From Parasitella parasitica NRRL 2501 (Eukaryota > Fungi > Mucoromycota), in the NCBI GenBank assembly GCA_025201805.1, contig MU619242.1:119323-183322 (forward strand): a stretch of DNA of 64,000 nucleotides, given 5' to 3'. The translations under genes were made by a program, and so were the position numbers. How positions within the stretch are numbered: the first letter of the stretch is position 1; every line of letters begins with the position of its first letter. The notes beneath the pieces are model-generated. The model worked only from the letters and a program-made list of their open reading frames with translations. It made no database searches and was not told where the DNA came from. This document shows, in pieces, positions 1-11,738 of the stretch.

Positions 1-648
1 GTTCAATTCAAATTTAGAAACTCGGTTGGATCAATAACAAGGAGCATCATCATACCGTTTCCATCTTGATGCAAAAAAAAAAAAAAAAGAAAAAGAAACT
101 GGTTTGATAAGGTGTGTTCTCTTGTCAATTCCAACATTCTTTTTTTCCCTACATCTTCCACGGTACACTGAAAACCTCGATTGTTGGGTCATTGTCCCCC
201 AAATCCGGAGCTCAATGGCTCCCCCATCATTCTTCTATAAACAACACATTTCTCATGTGCTGAAGATGTATTTACCTATTCTTATAAATAAATCAAAGCA
301 TGTTGCCCTTTTTGGATATTTAAATCCATCACATATTACTTGATTAATTGCGAACTTTATGGATTGACAGGGTAATGATACAATAGTCGCGTCTCGTGGT
401 GAAAATACGTGCCACGAAACCTATGGCATACTCCCCCCCCCGAGTATTTTTATCCGGCCATTCAAGCCGTTTCTATCCAAAATAAAAAAAATCATCATAT
501 AGTCCAAATCACAGGGTTCAACATAATGCAGTTGCTTGTGGGCGTATAATTGGGTAATAAACACAACAAAAATTCCAGACAGCAAATGTAATAAAAAAAA
601 AAGAAAGAACAGCTAGAGTTACATAACTGTAATTTTATTGGTCAATGT

Positions 649-1446
649 CTAATCTTTCCTTTTGGTTACATAAATGGATTGAAGGGTTTTGTCATTAGAA
701 GCGTTAAATTCTAATTTCTTAGCAACGCCAGTCTCAATATCAAAAGCCCAAGAGTGCACAGTGAGTGTTTGCCCTCTGGCCCATGCGTTTTGTACAATTG
801 TCGAATGGCAGACGTTTTTAGCAGAGTTGATTGCGTTCAGTTCAATCAGTCTGTGGAGACGGTCAGTTTCGCCCTTGGTGGCTTCCAGCTCAGCTTCATG
901 AAGTCTGTAGACATCCTTAATATTTCTCAGCCAATTGTCAATCAAACCAAACTGGTCGTGGCCCATGGCAGCCGTTACACCACCACAGTTGTAATGTCCT
1001 ATCAAGGAATTATTAATAATAGGCCCAAATAAGAAGCAATAATGATTTTTTTTTTTTTTACCACAGACAATGATATGCTCAACCTTGAGCACGTCGACTG
1101 CATATTGTAAAACGGAAAGACAGCTAAAGTCAGAATGAGTTACAACATTGGCAATGTTTCGATGAACAAAAACCTCCCCGGGAGGCAAGGCAGTGACAAC
1201 ATTGGCGGGAACTCTTGAATCAGAGCAGCCAATCCACAAGATCTTGGGAGTCTGTTGCTTGGCAATGTTGCTGAGGAATTCGGAATCTTCTTTCATGACC
1301 TGGGCAGCCCATTTCTTGTTGTTTTCCAGCACGCCGTCAAGATTTATATCAGCAGGATCAAAGCGATTCATTGTGTGCGTAGCAAAAGAGGGAGTAGCAA
1401 AGGCTTGTCGCTCAGGCTTTTGCGCATTTTCTTGGTTTTGTGCCAT
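649..1446 (-). CDS. NCE103: Beta-class carbonic anhydrase (Nce103-like), 2 exons (intron 999-1061)
   Basis: Motifs IGCSDSRVP, GEVFVHRNIAN, LQYAVDVLKVEHIIVCG|HYNCGG. Removing the GT..AG intron 999-1061 restores the CGHxxCGG zinc site. Confidence 0.95.
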   Translation of the reverse strand: MAQNQENAQKPERQAFATPSFATHTMNRFDPADINLDGVLENNKKWAAQVMKEDSEFLSNIAKQQTPKILWIGCSDSRVPANVVTALPPGEVFVHRNIANVVTHSDFSCLSVLQYAVDVLKVEHIIVCGKKKKNHYCFLFGPIINNSLIGHYNCGGVTAAMGHDQFGLIDNWLRNIKDVYRLHEAELEATKGETDRLHRLIELNAINSAKNVCHSTIVQNAWARGQTLTVHSWAFDIETGVAKKLEFNASNDKTLQSIYVTKRKD

Positions 1447-1669
1447 TTGATGTTCTTTTTTGCTTTTTTTTTCTTGTATGAAAAGAGTGCAAGAAGAAAG
1501 AAGAAAGAGAGATTTTTAATTTTAAAAAGTTTAAATAGATTTGGTGGGGCAGAAAAGGAAAAATTGGGCCCCTGTGCTCCAAATCTGTGCCCACTGGTGT
1601 TACAAACAAAGATCTGAAAAAAGGCCCAATAAATTGACACACGCTTGTGTTCAGCAGGAATGAGGGATT

Positions 1670-2843
1670 TCAAGATAGCTCATCAAAAAACGATTCACGT
1701 GTTCGTTTCGTATCATGCCGTTTTATGTCATTGTTATCATCATGGTCGTCGTCATCATCATCAATTTGAATAACTTTGCGTTTCATGGTAGCGCCGTCTT
1801 GCTGCTCTTGTTCAAACAAAAACTGCACACTCCAAAACTTAAGCTGCAAATCATGGCCGCAGCTCGCAAGATATGACTGATGATGGTCTACTTTTATGGA
1901 TTCGATAGGAAAGTCTTGGCCATGATCGCCTAAAACACCCTCAAACTTGTATGGTTGCATGGAAACCAACCTTAGTAGACCATCACTACCACCAGTGCAG
2001 ACAACTTGTTCGTCTAATTTGCATATGGCATCGATTGAATTGGGATGCCCCAGCCATTTTCTATTCGTATCCCATTGATTCCAATCCCAGGTATATAGTG
2101 CTCCACTCTGCGATCCCGCAATAATCTTATTTCCATTCTCTATAACCGTCATGGATAATAGTTCATCATCGACTGCTTGAGAGAGCTTAATTTTATCCGT
2201 TGATTTTCGTGTGTCAAAGATAGACAGTAGCCCATCGCCCCTATGAAGGCCCTGGTGAGTATAACATGTCCTGTATCTCTTTGCAGTGTAAGAAGCTACC
2301 CTGCCGCTAGTAATGCTGATTTATCTTGACAGTACTCCATGTCTGCAATAAAGTCTTCATGCACCTTGTATTCTTGTGTCGCTTTACATGTCCTCATATC
2401 CCATATCTTTACGACTCCTTCATCATCGCCCGTTGCCGTTAGGTGGGTGTCTAAGTTACAGATTTTATTGATTGCATATTTGTGTGCTTTGGGGAGCTTA
2501 TATAGTAGTCTTCCTGTTGCTACGTCTAATGCTTGAATCGATTTATCTCGAGATATGCATAGTAAATGGGCTCCATCTGGCGTAAACTCAACCCCTCGGC
2601 ATGATTTTTTAGATATTTGCGTTGACCAACTTAATGCATTTTTGCTGTCTGCTGCATATCTCCAGCTTTTTTTTGGGGGGGGGGGAGAGGGAGTCGTGAG
2701 TGCTACAATGGATATGCTACCACGTTCACATATACATACCACTGAACTTGGCCATTAATGAGGCCTGCCACAACTATATTCTCGACTGGGTGAAATGAAA
2801 AGTCAAAAATATGATCTTTGAATTCAATAGGTTGTGGTTCCAT
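1670..2843 (-). CDS. WD40 protein of the WDR55/Jip5 family, 3 exons
   Basis: N-terminus MEPQPIEFKDHIFDFSFHP; motifs ATGDDEGVVKIWDMR, HEDFIADM, CTGGSDGLLR, LASCGHD; C-terminal SFFDEL. Introns ~2666-2739 and ~2241-2299. Confidence 0.85.
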
Positions 2844-2906
2844 TGTTTTTATTTATTAAGAGGTAGTATGGTATAGTGGCTTTTTGAGAAACGAAAAGAA
2901 AAATGG

Positions 2907-3582
2907 CTATTTGAAGAACGTAGTATACTTGCCCTTTTGAGCACCCGATAGATCTGGTTTGAAGGGACTAGGTATAGGGGAAATCTGCTTTATCGAGGCC
3001 GCTAGCTTTGGCATAGACAGTTCAGGGTTGAATAGCCCAGCCTTCTCTTCACCCCTTTCAAGTCTTGCTTCGTCCATTCTTCTTTGAACCAAGAATTCTT
3101 CCAACAGCTTTGCATTACGAGTGTTGCATTTGAACCATACATCCAGGATATCACCGAGAAGAGGTGTAAGACCCGCCTATATTATATCAAATTAGATGAT
3201 CGTTACTTTTTTTTTTCCATCAATTCTTTACCCAAAAATCAATTGCCACATTGATTATCATTTTGCTAATAAGAGACTTGGGCAAATTAGCTTTACAAGC
3301 TATTCTGATCAGATCCAAAGCGACGAGTGTAGTGATAAAATCACCAATTATTGGTACAAGACCAATAAAAGCATCAATTCCGAATCTAAAACAACAACAC
3401 TTGAAACCTGAATCGAAACGTCGAGCTCTGCGCTTCACTCTTTTCAGGATTTCTCGTTCTCCCTGAGTCAGTACATCTGGAATTACTTTAGGATTTGGGT
3501 TGAAGTCATAGTGCTTGAGGTTGAATCTGTTGGAGGCTTCATTGATCAATCTTTTCTTGGCGTAATTAGTGGCCACTTGCAT
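2907..3582 (-). CDS. DUF4112-family membrane protein, 2 exons
   Basis: RRARRFDSGFKCCCFRFGIDAFIGLVPIIGD...MIINVAIDF|AGLTPLLGDILDVWFKCNTRNAKLLEEFL matches the DUF4112 signature. Intron ~3177-3231. Confidence 0.85.
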
Positions 3583-3688
3583 TTTATTGACAAAAAATAA
3601 TGAGAATTATATCGAAAAATAAAAAAAAAAACGTTTGTTTACAGATCTCCAACATCTTATATAAAGTGTAATTAATTACTATGGTCTC

Positions 3689-4307
3689 TTACTCATAGTA
3701 CTCTGGTTTTGCAACATTGAGCCCATATTCAGTCAATGCAGATGACAAGTCGTCCATTGTTAGCACCACTTTCTTCTCCTGTAAGCACGAAAAAAAAAAA
3801 AAATACATCAATAATGAACGCCAGTACTTTAGCGTGCTTTACCTTGTTTGACTTGCTAGCAGCACGGGATGGTTGTTTAACTTGATTGATTTGAAATGCA
3901 TCTGTGGCTATATCTGCAACGAACTTTTGTGCGGCTAGAGCAAACAGCTTTTTACTTTTGAAATGTGTGGTTAAAAACGAGTCTTTGCAATGTAAATCAC
4001 TGCTATCCAACAACATACATGCGAGCGTCATCACAGTCGAATCCAGTTTTATCTAGATAGTAGTCGATCACAGCATCGGGTATCTAGATACGTAATTAGT
4101 TGCTATGGAACTCTGTAGCTATAAACGTCGCCTTACAATAGGTGTATAGCTATCCATTGTCATTAACAATTCTGCCATGTCTTTTTCTTTGTCGATTTTT
4201 TCAGTAGGCGTAGAAAATATTTGCTCATTGTCATTCATTGTTACATCTAAATTATCTGTCGACTGCTGCTGTATGAATTGTTCATTATTAGGTGCAGAAG
4301 GATTCAT
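3689..4307 (-). CDS. TAF10: TFIID/SAGA subunit TAF10, 4 exons
   Basis: Spliced product MDSYTPI|IPDAVIDYYLDKTGFDCDDAR|IKKLFALAAQKFVADIATDAFQ...|EKKVVLTMDDLSSALTEYGLNVAKPEYYE*. Confidence 0.93.
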
Positions 4308-4488
4308 GGTTTAAACTAAAGAACCTCATTAACACGGCTGCTAAACAATCGATGGGCACTGTTGCTAACGCAAAACTGTCACAATGAACCCCTCTACATT
4401 CGAGAGAGAGAGAGAGAAAAAAAAAATTTGTCTTCCAAAGAATCACTCATCAAATCCGTTGACAAACTTTTACTTGTAGTCAACAAAC

Positions 4489-5829
4489 ATGTCTCCTACA
4501 AATAAGAATTATGATGTGGTTTCTGCATACAAGACTTCCTTGAATGATACCGTAAAAACAGTGGGATTGATACAAGAAAACATCGTCTCACTCACCTTTC
4601 TTTGATTAGGAATTGTCAACACCCGTTGCCATCTTCAAAGCCTTGACCGATTTTGTTCAACACAGCACAGGTAAAAGAGCAAGAAAGAAAAGAAAAGAAA
4701 AAAAAAAAAAAGGGAAACCCCACTGCAGCCATTGATTAACACGATAACTGTACTTAGCTCCTACAATGTCTGAATTCATGCAAACATTGGAAAGAGCAGC
4801 ACAAGCTATCCGCCAAGAACCTCAAGTCATTGCCACTGCTGATAAACCCAAAAATCAACATAAAGCTGCTATTGCCATTTTAGCAGGCGTCGACTTATTT
4901 ATGCGTTTTGTTACAAGAAACTCTCATGATTTCTCGGTAAAAAAAAAAAAAAAAAAAAATGCATCCGAATCCTCGATTGATATGAAAATTAAAAAATAGC
5001 TTTCTGAGGAAGCAGGGAGCTTTGAAGATTTCAAGGGGAACCTACTGTCTAGGGCTGCACTGATTCTGAATAAAGCCTCTTCTGCCCGCGAGAAAGCTGC
5101 AGAGATTGGCGCGCAATTTGTACATGATAATGCTGTCGTGTTAGTTCAAGGTTACTCTCGAGTTATTATGGGCGTCTTGTATCATGCTGCAAACGTTCAA
5201 AATAAACGATTCAAGGTCTATGTTACCGAAGGAAGGCCTAACAGTGATGGGTAAGTAGGGATCAGGCGTAGAAAATTATGGATAAAATGATTTACTGTAA
5301 GATAGTATCCAAGCTGTATCCGCCCTGAGAAAGAATGGTATTCCATGTAGAGCAGTTCTAGATTCTGCCGTTGGCTATATTATGGATAAGGTAGATATGG
5401 TTTTCGTTGGCGCAGAGGGTGTTGTCGAAAATGGTGGTATTGTAAACAAAATTGGCACATATCAGATTGCCTTGGTGGCCAATGCTCTAAGCAAACCAGT
5501 GTATGCGGTTGCTGAGAGGTAAACACCATTCAAAGATGCGAGATTCATGCGTAGAATAACCCTCTTCCTTTTATTATAGTTACAAATTTGTTCGTGTTTA
5601 TCCTTTAAATCAATACGATATCCCATCCGAGACACCAGAGATCGTTACCTTTACTACAAGAAGAAAATCTTTTAGCACAACGGGCGATGCTGAGACAATC
5701 GATGAATTAGCCCTGTCCAACCCTTCCGTAGACTATACACCTCCTCAATATATCACCTTGCTTTTGACTGATTTGGGTGTGTTGACTCCTTCTGGCGTGT
5801 CTGATGAATTAATCAAGCTCTACGTTTAG
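4489..5829 (+). CDS. GCN3: Translation initiation factor eIF2B alpha subunit, ~6 exons
   Basis: Motifs [64 protein letters not shown]|[36 protein letters not shown]. Confidence 0.93.
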
Positions 5830-6402
5830 TTTAGTCGAATAAATATTGTAAATTAATGGTAATATAACACAAAACCATATTCAATGCTACTATTTTGCTA
5901 CCGTAGAGCATACAGTATTACAGCATTTTTCAGAATTAGGGCTACTACTCTATACGTACTTCCTTTGAGTGGGATAAAAATACAGATATATGCAAAATGC
6001 AATTTTTTTTTTTTACTGCAAAATGGCTGTTTTTGACAATGCCTTCTGCGAAATCAATATAATGCAGTACGACTATATAGTCGTAGTGTACAAAGATATA
6101 ATACTAGATGGATGTAATAATCAAAATTTAGGTAGTGGATGTTTTCTGTAGTGGATTCAAAATACAAGTTTTATGCATCTGTTCCTGCATGAGTTTTTCT
6201 AATCAAATACAGAAATGTTGGCCGAGTCGCTATGCCAAAATGAAGTGAAAAATGAATTTACCAAAGAAGTACGCTTTATCAGGGATACGTCCATAAAGAT
6301 GTATTTACGTAAAATGTCATTAAGCTAGGGTTAACAGAATGCAACGAATATCAAAGAGTATCTGCAAAAAGAAGATGTTTATTCTAACGCTTGGCTAATG
6401 TC

Positions 6403-6495
6403 GTTATTCCCTTTTTTTTTTTTTTTTTTNNNNNNNNNNNNNNNNNNNNNNNNNNNNNNNNNNNNNNNNTTGAGTCCTTCAGATGGTTATTCCCT
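6403..6495 (-). mobile_element. Possible collapsed retroposed insertion (poly-T plus gap flanked by a 10-bp direct repeat)
   Basis: GTTATTCCCT occurs at 6403-6412 and 6486-6495, flanking a T-run and an N gap. Confidence 0.35.
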
Positions 6496-7312
6496 AATTG
6501 AATTCATTTCTAACCTGGTCTAGGTCTATTATTGTTTAGTATTAGTCGACAGAGCTTGATACCATATATGGTTTATCAGACTATATAGTGATTTAATCAC
6601 TGTTATATTAAAAATATTTGATCTATCTTTGGTTGCTAAAATAAGAAAATGTAACAATGGATAAGAATGTCATCATTACTCACTGGTTCTGTAGCCCTGA
6701 ACAGATCAATCGGTTAATCGTTGTTACCGGCATCGTGATAAAGTTTTTTTTAGCATGTTAGGTCATATGTTATGTAATATCTCTTCTCATATAGCATAGA
6801 ACAACATTTGCTTGCAGAATGCACTTTATTTCAGCATATTGTTGTCATCGATTAAGGAAACAGTTCAGACTGGTATGCTACATACAAAGAGCAATGTCAA
6901 ACTGCCAATACTAATTTTTTTCTTTCATTTAGTGCGACATGACTCAGGTACAGGCATTGAGACTCATCTTTTGTTACATGTAAATTATAAAGGTAGAGGG
7001 GGGGGGGAGGAGGAAGCTGTATATTACTGAACAAGTAAGGAAAACTGATAAGATTATATCATTCTTCAATCTATCCGTGAAAATTCCTTGATTTCCCAGA
7101 TAAGTTTATCAACACCAATGATGGGAAGTGTAACAAAAGATTAGAGATAACAGAGGGTTTTGAATCTATGAAATAATCCTAAATAAGTAAGCTAGCAAAA
7201 ATGGGTACACGACCCAGAATTCATTTAGAGTAGTGTAAAAATACAGGGAAAATTTTATTCGTATTTGAAGGTAGCATTTGAATAAAGAAAAATAAGAAAA
7301 ATTGAATACATG

Positions 7313-7314
<2 letters not shown>

Positions 7315-7343
<29 letters not shown>
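7315..7343. repeat. (AAT)n microsatellite downstream of pyruvate carboxylase
   Basis: About 9 AAT units seen directly. Confidence 0.85.
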
Positions 7344-7347
<4 letters not shown>

Positions 7348-7357
7348 GTGGATAATT

Positions 7358-10300
7358 TTAAGCATCATCTTTGACAATTCTGGCGACTAAATCACCAGAG
7401 TTCAAAGAGTCACCTTCCTGTACAGCAACACGTTCAACCTTGCCGGCGACAGGTGATGTAACAACGGTTTCCATCTTCATGGCAGAGAGGACAGCAAGAG
7501 GGTCGCCAGCCTTAACATGGGCACCCTCCTTGGCACGGATCTCAACAACAACACCAGACATGGGTGCGGCGATATCTCCAGGATTAGCCAGATTGGCTCT
7601 TTCACGGGTGACAATTTCAACAGCTGAATTCTTGTCAACGATGCCCACCACACGAGCCTCGCCATTCAATTCAAAGTAGACATCGCGCTTACCGTTGTTG
7701 TTCAGGTGACCCACAGCCAGTAACTTGATGATCAAGGTCTTACCTTCCTCAATTTCAACATGGAATTCTTCGTTGATTTCAGGCTTGGACAAAAAGTAGC
7801 GGGTAGGCAACACAGAGAGGTCGCCATACTGGTTGACCATCTCACGGTAATCGGCAAAAACTTTGGGGTAAAGGGCAGCGGAAATTACATCGTAATCACG
7901 GATGGCAGAGCCATACTTGTCAACTAGCTCCTGCTTCAATTTGGTCATGTCGAGGGGAGACAATGAGGCACCCGGACGGCCATCAATACGCGTCTGATCA
8001 CGAATAATGTTGGAACGTAGCGGCTCAGGGAAACCGCCATGGGGCTGGCCAAGGTAGCCTTGGAAGAACTCAACAACAGAGGTAGGGAAAGACAAGCTAG
8101 ACGCACGCTCCTCGACGTCCTTACCAGAAAGAGAGTTGGAGACCATGAATTGAGCAAGATCACCGACAACCTTGGAAGAGGGAGTGACCTTGACGAGGTC
8201 GCCACAAAGCTCATTTGCCTCTTGGTAGGCCTTCTTGATTTGATTCCATTGAGTGCCCAAACCTAGTTGTTGCGCTTGGAACATCAGGTTGGTGTATTGA
8301 CCACCAGGCATTTCGTGGTCATAGACGCCAGAGTCAGCAGAGCGAACATTAGCTTCAAAGCAGGAATACAAGAGACGGGCTTGCTCCCAGTAAGAGTTGA
8401 TGGCATGAACATCAGCCATACGAATGCCAGTACCGAGATTGGTTTGCTCAAAGCCTGCAACAATAGCACCCATAGAAGGCTGGGATGTCATGCCAGACAT
8501 GGAGTCAATGGCGACGTCAACAATATCAGCACCGGCAGCAGCGGCAGCCATCATCGAAGCAACACCTGTGCCGGCGGTATCGTGAGTGTGAACATGAATA
8601 GGGAGATCAGGGAATTTTGCGCGAATAGTGGACACCAAAACACGAGCCGCTTCAGGCTTCAAAAGACCAGCCATGTCCTTGATACCCAGAATATGAATAC
8701 CTTCATCGACTAATTGTTGCGTCAAATCAACATAGTAATCCAAGTTGTACTTTTTACGTTCAGGGTTGGACACATCGCCAGTATAGCAGATAGTGGCTTC
8801 GACAACGCCGCCAGCCTTTTTGACAGCGTCAATGCCTAGCTTCATGTTCTCGACGTAATTCAACGAATCAAAGATACGAAAGACATCCATGCCGCATTTA
8901 ACAGCCTTGTCACAGAACTCGTATACAACATTATCCGGGTAGGAGGTGTACCCGACAGCATTGGCACCGCGAAGCAACATTTGGAAAGGGATATTGGGGA
9001 CAACCTTTCTGAGAGCAGCAAGACGATCCCACGGATCTTCATGAAGGAAGCGCATGGCAACGTCAAAAGTAGCACCGCCCCAGCATTCGAGAGAGAATGC
9101 ATTTGCAAGGGCGTGAGATGTGGCAGGAGCAATACGCAAAAGATCTAGAAGATACTAGTATTAGAGTCCCATTCTTTTCCGTGATATTTTTTTTTAACAG
9201 TAAAACATACCAACAGTTCTCACGCGAGTAGCCAACAAACTCTGATGAGCGTCTCTCCATGTGGTGTCAGTGATCAGTACGCCAGGATACGCACGTACAG
9301 CCTTGGCAAAGGCTTCAGGGCCTTGCTCCACAATGATTTTACGCCATCCTTCAGTGGCAGGGGCAGAGACATCGATATCCTTGTTACTTCCGTTCTCGCG
9401 CAAGACGGGCACATCGATTTCGCTTTTGAACGATGGCTCGCCAACCTGGCCCTTGATTTGCGAGCCGTTCACCACGATATCTCCCAAATAGCCCAGCATG
9501 CGTTGAGCACGGTTCTGGAACTGAACAAGACGGAAGAGGTCAGGAGTGTCATCGATAAAGGTGGTCCAGCAATTGCCGTTGATGAATGTGTCGCAGGTCA
9601 AAAGACGCTGCAAGAAAGGGATGTTGGTCTTGACACCGCGAATACGGAACTCCACCAAGGCCCGGACAATCTTTCTACGAGCAACTTCATAGGTGGACCC
9701 CGAGCATGTAACCTTGACTAGCAAAGAGTCGTAATGGGGTGTGATAACAGCACCTGCATAGCCGGCACCGCCATCCAAACGAACACCGTTGCCGCCAGAC
9801 GAACGGTACACCTCAATCTTACCCGTGTCAGGCTGGAAATTTAGCTCGGGATCTTCGGTTGTCACGCGGCACTGGATGGCAAAACCACGTTGGCGAATAC
9901 GCTGTTGAGTCAAGCCAAGTTGGGGCAAAAGAGCACCGGCAGCGATTTGAATTTGAGCAGCTACGACATCAATGCCGGTAATTTCCTCCGTGATTGTATG
10001 CTCGACTTGGATACGAGGGTTGATTTCAATGAAATAATGGCGATTCTGATTATCTACCAAGAATTCAGCAGTACCAGCATTCTTGTATTTAACAGCCTTT
10101 GCAATCCTGATAGCGTCATTGAGGATAGCTTCACGGACCTTGTTGTCCAAGTTTTTGGCAGGAGCAATCTCAACAACCTTTTGGTGACGGCGCTGAACGG
10201 AACAATCACGTTCAAACAAATGAACAACATTACCAGCACGGTCAGCAAGCAATTGGACCTCGATATGGCGAGGTTTGTCAAGGAAGCGTTCGATGAAGAC

Positions 10301-11185
10301 GGTACCGTCGCCAAATGCCGAAAGAGCCTCAGATTTGGCACGGTTAAAGGCGTCTTCTAAAGACTCTTCGTCACGGACAACACGCATACCGCGACCACCA
10401 CCACCCATGGCAGCCTTGATAATGATGGGAAATCCGTGCTCTTTGATAAAAGCTTTAGCTTCGGTGTATTCACTAACAGGACCAGGAGTACCAGGTACTA
10501 CAGGAACATTACAGTTCATGGCTACACAAGGTTTTATGTAATTTTAGTCTCGAAATAGATCCCACGAAAGGCACACACACACACACACACTTTCTCTATT
10601 ACTTACCAATGGTTCTAGCTTTAGTCTTATCGCCCAGACTTTCGATGACTTCAGGAGAGGGGCCGATAAAAGTGATACCAGCAGCTTCGACCTTGCGAGC
10701 GAATTCGGCATTTTCAGACAAAAAGCCATAACCGGGATGGATCATGGACACACCTCGCTCTTTAGCAATACGAACAATCTCGTCTTGAGCCAGATAGGCA
10801 GCAACAGGTGTGTATTGACCGATCTTACCAATCTGATATGATTCATCAGCCTATTTCATTGCAAGTTTGTTTGTTAAAAAAGAAAACATCAGTCATCCAC
10901 AGTAGGAATAGCATCTGGGGGCTCAAGACCAACCTTGTAACGATGCATGGATAGTCTGTCTTCATGAGAGAAGATGGCAACAGTTTTCATGGAGAGTTCG
11001 TGGGCCGTACGAAATACACGGATTGAAATTTCCTACCAGTTTGCGTCAATGGTGATGATTCTCGAGCACGATCTCTTTATACTTACACCACGGTTAGCAA
11101 CCATCAATTTACGAAGGTTGCCCATCACTTCGCTATTCCTACGAATAGTTTCGACAGAGTGTTCACGGGCAGGAGGAGCAGGCAT
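7358..11185 (-). CDS. PYC: Pyruvate carboxylase, 5 exons
   Basis: Biotin carboxylase motifs (VANRGEI, HPGYGFLSEN, GGGGRGMR, RDCSVQRRHQK), carboxyltransferase motifs (RDAHQSLLATRVRT, ECWGGATFD, HVHTHDT) and biotin carrier SAMKME. Introns ~11033-11087, ~10851-10933, 10522-10606, 9145-9210. Confidence 0.98.
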
Positions 11186-11283
11186 TTTCTCTTTAAATGT
11201 GCAAAAGTCTAAAATACAACAGGAAGAGTAAAAAGAAAGAAGAGGAAACGACAGTTAGTTTATCCATATCAACATGACATCTC

Positions 11284-11290
11284 TTTTATA
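11284..11290 (-). promoter_or_regulatory. Probable TATA box of pyruvate carboxylase
   Basis: TATAAAA on the minus strand ~100 bp upstream of the ATG. Confidence 0.5.
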
Positions 11291-11738
11291 CATAAGAAAC
11301 GTATTGGCACTTTCAGTCTCCCCCTCTAATCCAAGAGAACCCCCAGTTTTTCTGGCCAATGAGACACACAATCAGGAGAGCCCCTTTCAATTACTTTCCC
11401 GGAGAAAGGTGAAAGAAATGAAATTCATGCTGATTTCATGTGTCATCATATGTTTTCTTTACAAGAATTCATAAAACAGCCCCCCACCCCCACCCCCAAG
11501 CTACCCAAGATCTTCCGTAAGAATGTCAAAAGTGCTAAATTACCTTGTAATAAATCTTTCTTTTTTGCTCGAAAGAATTAGAAAAGAAAAAAGAATTCAA
11601 TCGTTTCCCTGATTCCCTTCAACTCCCCCCCCCATATTTATAATCTTTTCAGCTTATCTTTTATCGGCCATTGAACGGAAAAAAAAAGAATAAACATATA
11701 TCCAGTAGATATGTATCACATAGGCGATTAGGCTTTAT

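Noticed and set aside
7371-10541. Numerous long antisense and alternative-frame ORFs over pyruvate carboxylase (likewise over Rrp5 and the F-box gene)
   Set aside because: Expected shadow ORFs from biased codon usage in well-expressed genes; no recognisable motifs.
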